IMG/VR virus record: IMGVR_UViG_3300028593_000003
Direction: 5' to 3' (one strand)
Length of the DNA: 64,000 nt
Source of the DNA: a virus
Lineage: Duplodnaviria > Caudoviricetes
Both the position numbers and the translations under genes were made by a program. A model generated the notes under the pieces. The model did no database searches. It saw only the letters and a program-made list of their open reading frames with translations, and was not told where the DNA came from. Each line of letters opens with the position of its first letter. Position 1 is the stretch's first letter. This document shows positions 62,803-64,000 of this stretch, piece after piece.

Positions 62803-63402
62803 TTACCAAAATTTCATTCGGTCAATATTCTGACCTCTGTATTTTTTCCCGTAATTATAAACTTTTATGGAGTAATCGTAATTCACTTCACAAAAACTCA
62901 GATATCCCCACTTGAACTGGACACCTCCTCTTTTACAGGCGTTTCTCATATCCACCCATTGTTCGTTTCCGGCTCTCTTATATTCCTTCTTGAGATTTCC
63001 CCATCCACCATTATACGCCTGATATGTCAACCACAATTTCTTTCCTTCACCAAAGTTCTGACGATGAAGGTATGACATATAAAATGCCTGCATCTTTATC
63101 GCATGTTCAGGATTGTACGGGTCAAGGTCATATTCACCCATCAATTTCCTGACATACTTTGTCGTTGCTGGCATAAACTGTGCGACACCCTGACCCGCAT
63201 CAAATGCTGTCACCTTTGTCCTGCAACAACTTTCCTGTCTCAATTGTCCAAGTCCATACCACCACGGATATTGCAAACCAAAATACCTGATGTGTTGTGC
63301 TCTCACATCCGGTACAAAATCATCGCACCTGTCAAGTGACAATGAATTAGCTGGAAGTAGTATCAGTACCAGTATTATCAGTAATTTTAAGAGATTTTGC
63401 AT
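62803..63402 (-). CDS. Lytic transglycosylase (SLT) endolysin with signal peptide
   Basis: QES, GVAQFMPAT, AYNGGWG; hydrophobic N-terminus. Confidence 0.88.
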   Translation of the reverse strand: MQNLLKLLIILVLILLPANSLSLDRCDDFVPDVRAQHIRYFGLQYPWWYGLGQLRQESCCRTKVTAFDAGQGVAQFMPATTKYVRKLMGEYDLDPYNPEHAIKMQAFYMSYLHRQNFGEGKKLWLTYQAYNGGWGNLKKEYKRAGNEQWVDMRNACKRGGVQFKWGYLSFCEVNYDYSIKVYNYGKKYRGQNIDRMKFW

Positions 63403-63658
63403 CTACAACATACTCCACGGTTTTCTTTACCGACCATATTCCAAAAGAGGCGGAAAAGAACCATATCATAATATGCTGGAGAGCAAGGATACCCTGTCTG
63501 ATTTCCTTGTCTATTATACCACATATTATGAGTATAAGGAAGGTAAATGTTATCAAAGCATTGATAAATCCACCTCTTATGGTCTTTTCCTTTTTGTCGA
63601 GAATATAGTCTATCATCAGCCGCCTCTTGCCCATGCGAAGATTATGATCAAATACCAA
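63347..63658 (-). CDS. Holin-like 2-TM membrane protein
   Basis: Two hydrophobic helices; adjacent to the endolysin. Confidence 0.5.
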   Translation of the reverse strand: MVFDHNLRMGKRRLMIDYILDKKEKTIRGGFINALITFTFLILIICGIIDKEIRQGILALQHIMIWFFSASFGIWSVKKTVEYVVDAKSLKITDNTGTDTTSS

Positions 63659-63954
63659 CCGATAATCATCAATTTTTTATATGGGTCTGTCTCCTCGCTA
63701 AAGTCGATATATTTCCAGAGTATCTTTCTTGTAATGTGTGCGTGAAGAATACCGGCTGAAATGAACATCAACTTGCCGAGGAAAATGCTGATAAGGCCGA
63801 TTTTCGGGTTATCCGAAATGAGTTCAGATGATGGAATAAAATAAAGAAGAAGAATAATAGAAAGAAGAGCCAGAGTATCAAGACCCGTTCTTTTCAGATT
63901 AAACCAGAAATTACTCCAAAAACTGAAACCATTACCATTTTCACCATTCGCCAT
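63616..63954 (-). CDS. Holin-like 3-TM membrane protein
   Basis: Three hydrophobic helices and an AAGGAGG RBS. Confidence 0.55.
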   Translation of the reverse strand: MANGENGNGFSFWSNFWFNLKRTGLDTLALLSIILLLYFIPSSELISDNPKIGLISIFLGKLMFISAGILHAHITRKILWKYIDFSEETDPYKKLMIIGWYLIIIFAWARGG

Positions 63955-64000
63955 ATTTTCACCTCCTTACATATTTATTTTATTACTTTGTTCTTCATAT

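Noticed and set aside
335-63745. Numerous plus-strand ORFs in the ORF track
   Set aside because: They are shadows of well-supported minus-strand genes, with Phe/Ser/Leu-rich composition typical of antisense frames.
1-64000. Alternative genetic code (stop-codon reassignment)
   Set aside because: Conserved genes are full length in the standard code, and TAA, TAG and TGA all serve as stops.

Overview
This is a 64-kb segment of a large T4-like myovirus genome, with essentially all genes on the minus strand in the standard code. In transcription order (right to left) it holds: a lysis cassette; a 1385-aa methyltransferase/glycosyltransferase/heptosyltransferase fusion; the head module (portal, protease, scaffold, major capsid) interrupted by an IS607 (tnpA+tnpB); terminase small and large subunits split by a PrkA(YeaG)-YeaH-SpoVR operon; neck, tail and baseplate genes; the late sigma gp55; gp47, gp46 and uvsX; and a Ro60 (TROVE) operon. 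Two systems stand out. (1) Directly upstream of Ro60 is a tandem array of four non-coding RNAs that share one covarying Y-RNA scaffold but carry four different cargo domains. One is a circularly permuted tRNA mimic (YrlA type), one is a ~200-nt multi-hairpin, probably pseudoknotted domain, and two are small unknown domains. (2) At least 16 otherwise unrelated proteins share an N-terminal (I/L)xx(Y/F)LxE leader that matches the inferred maturation site of the major capsid protein. This suggests a large set of capsid-packaged, protease-matured injected proteins, including a cytidylyltransferase/RNA-ligase-like fusion. Also found: a probable -1 frameshift in the tail chaperone genes, a hairpin/late-promoter switch over the terL ribosome-binding site, and a gene split by the IS607 that is restored in frame when the element is removed. 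All assignments come from motif recognition by eye; no searches or folding programs were run.
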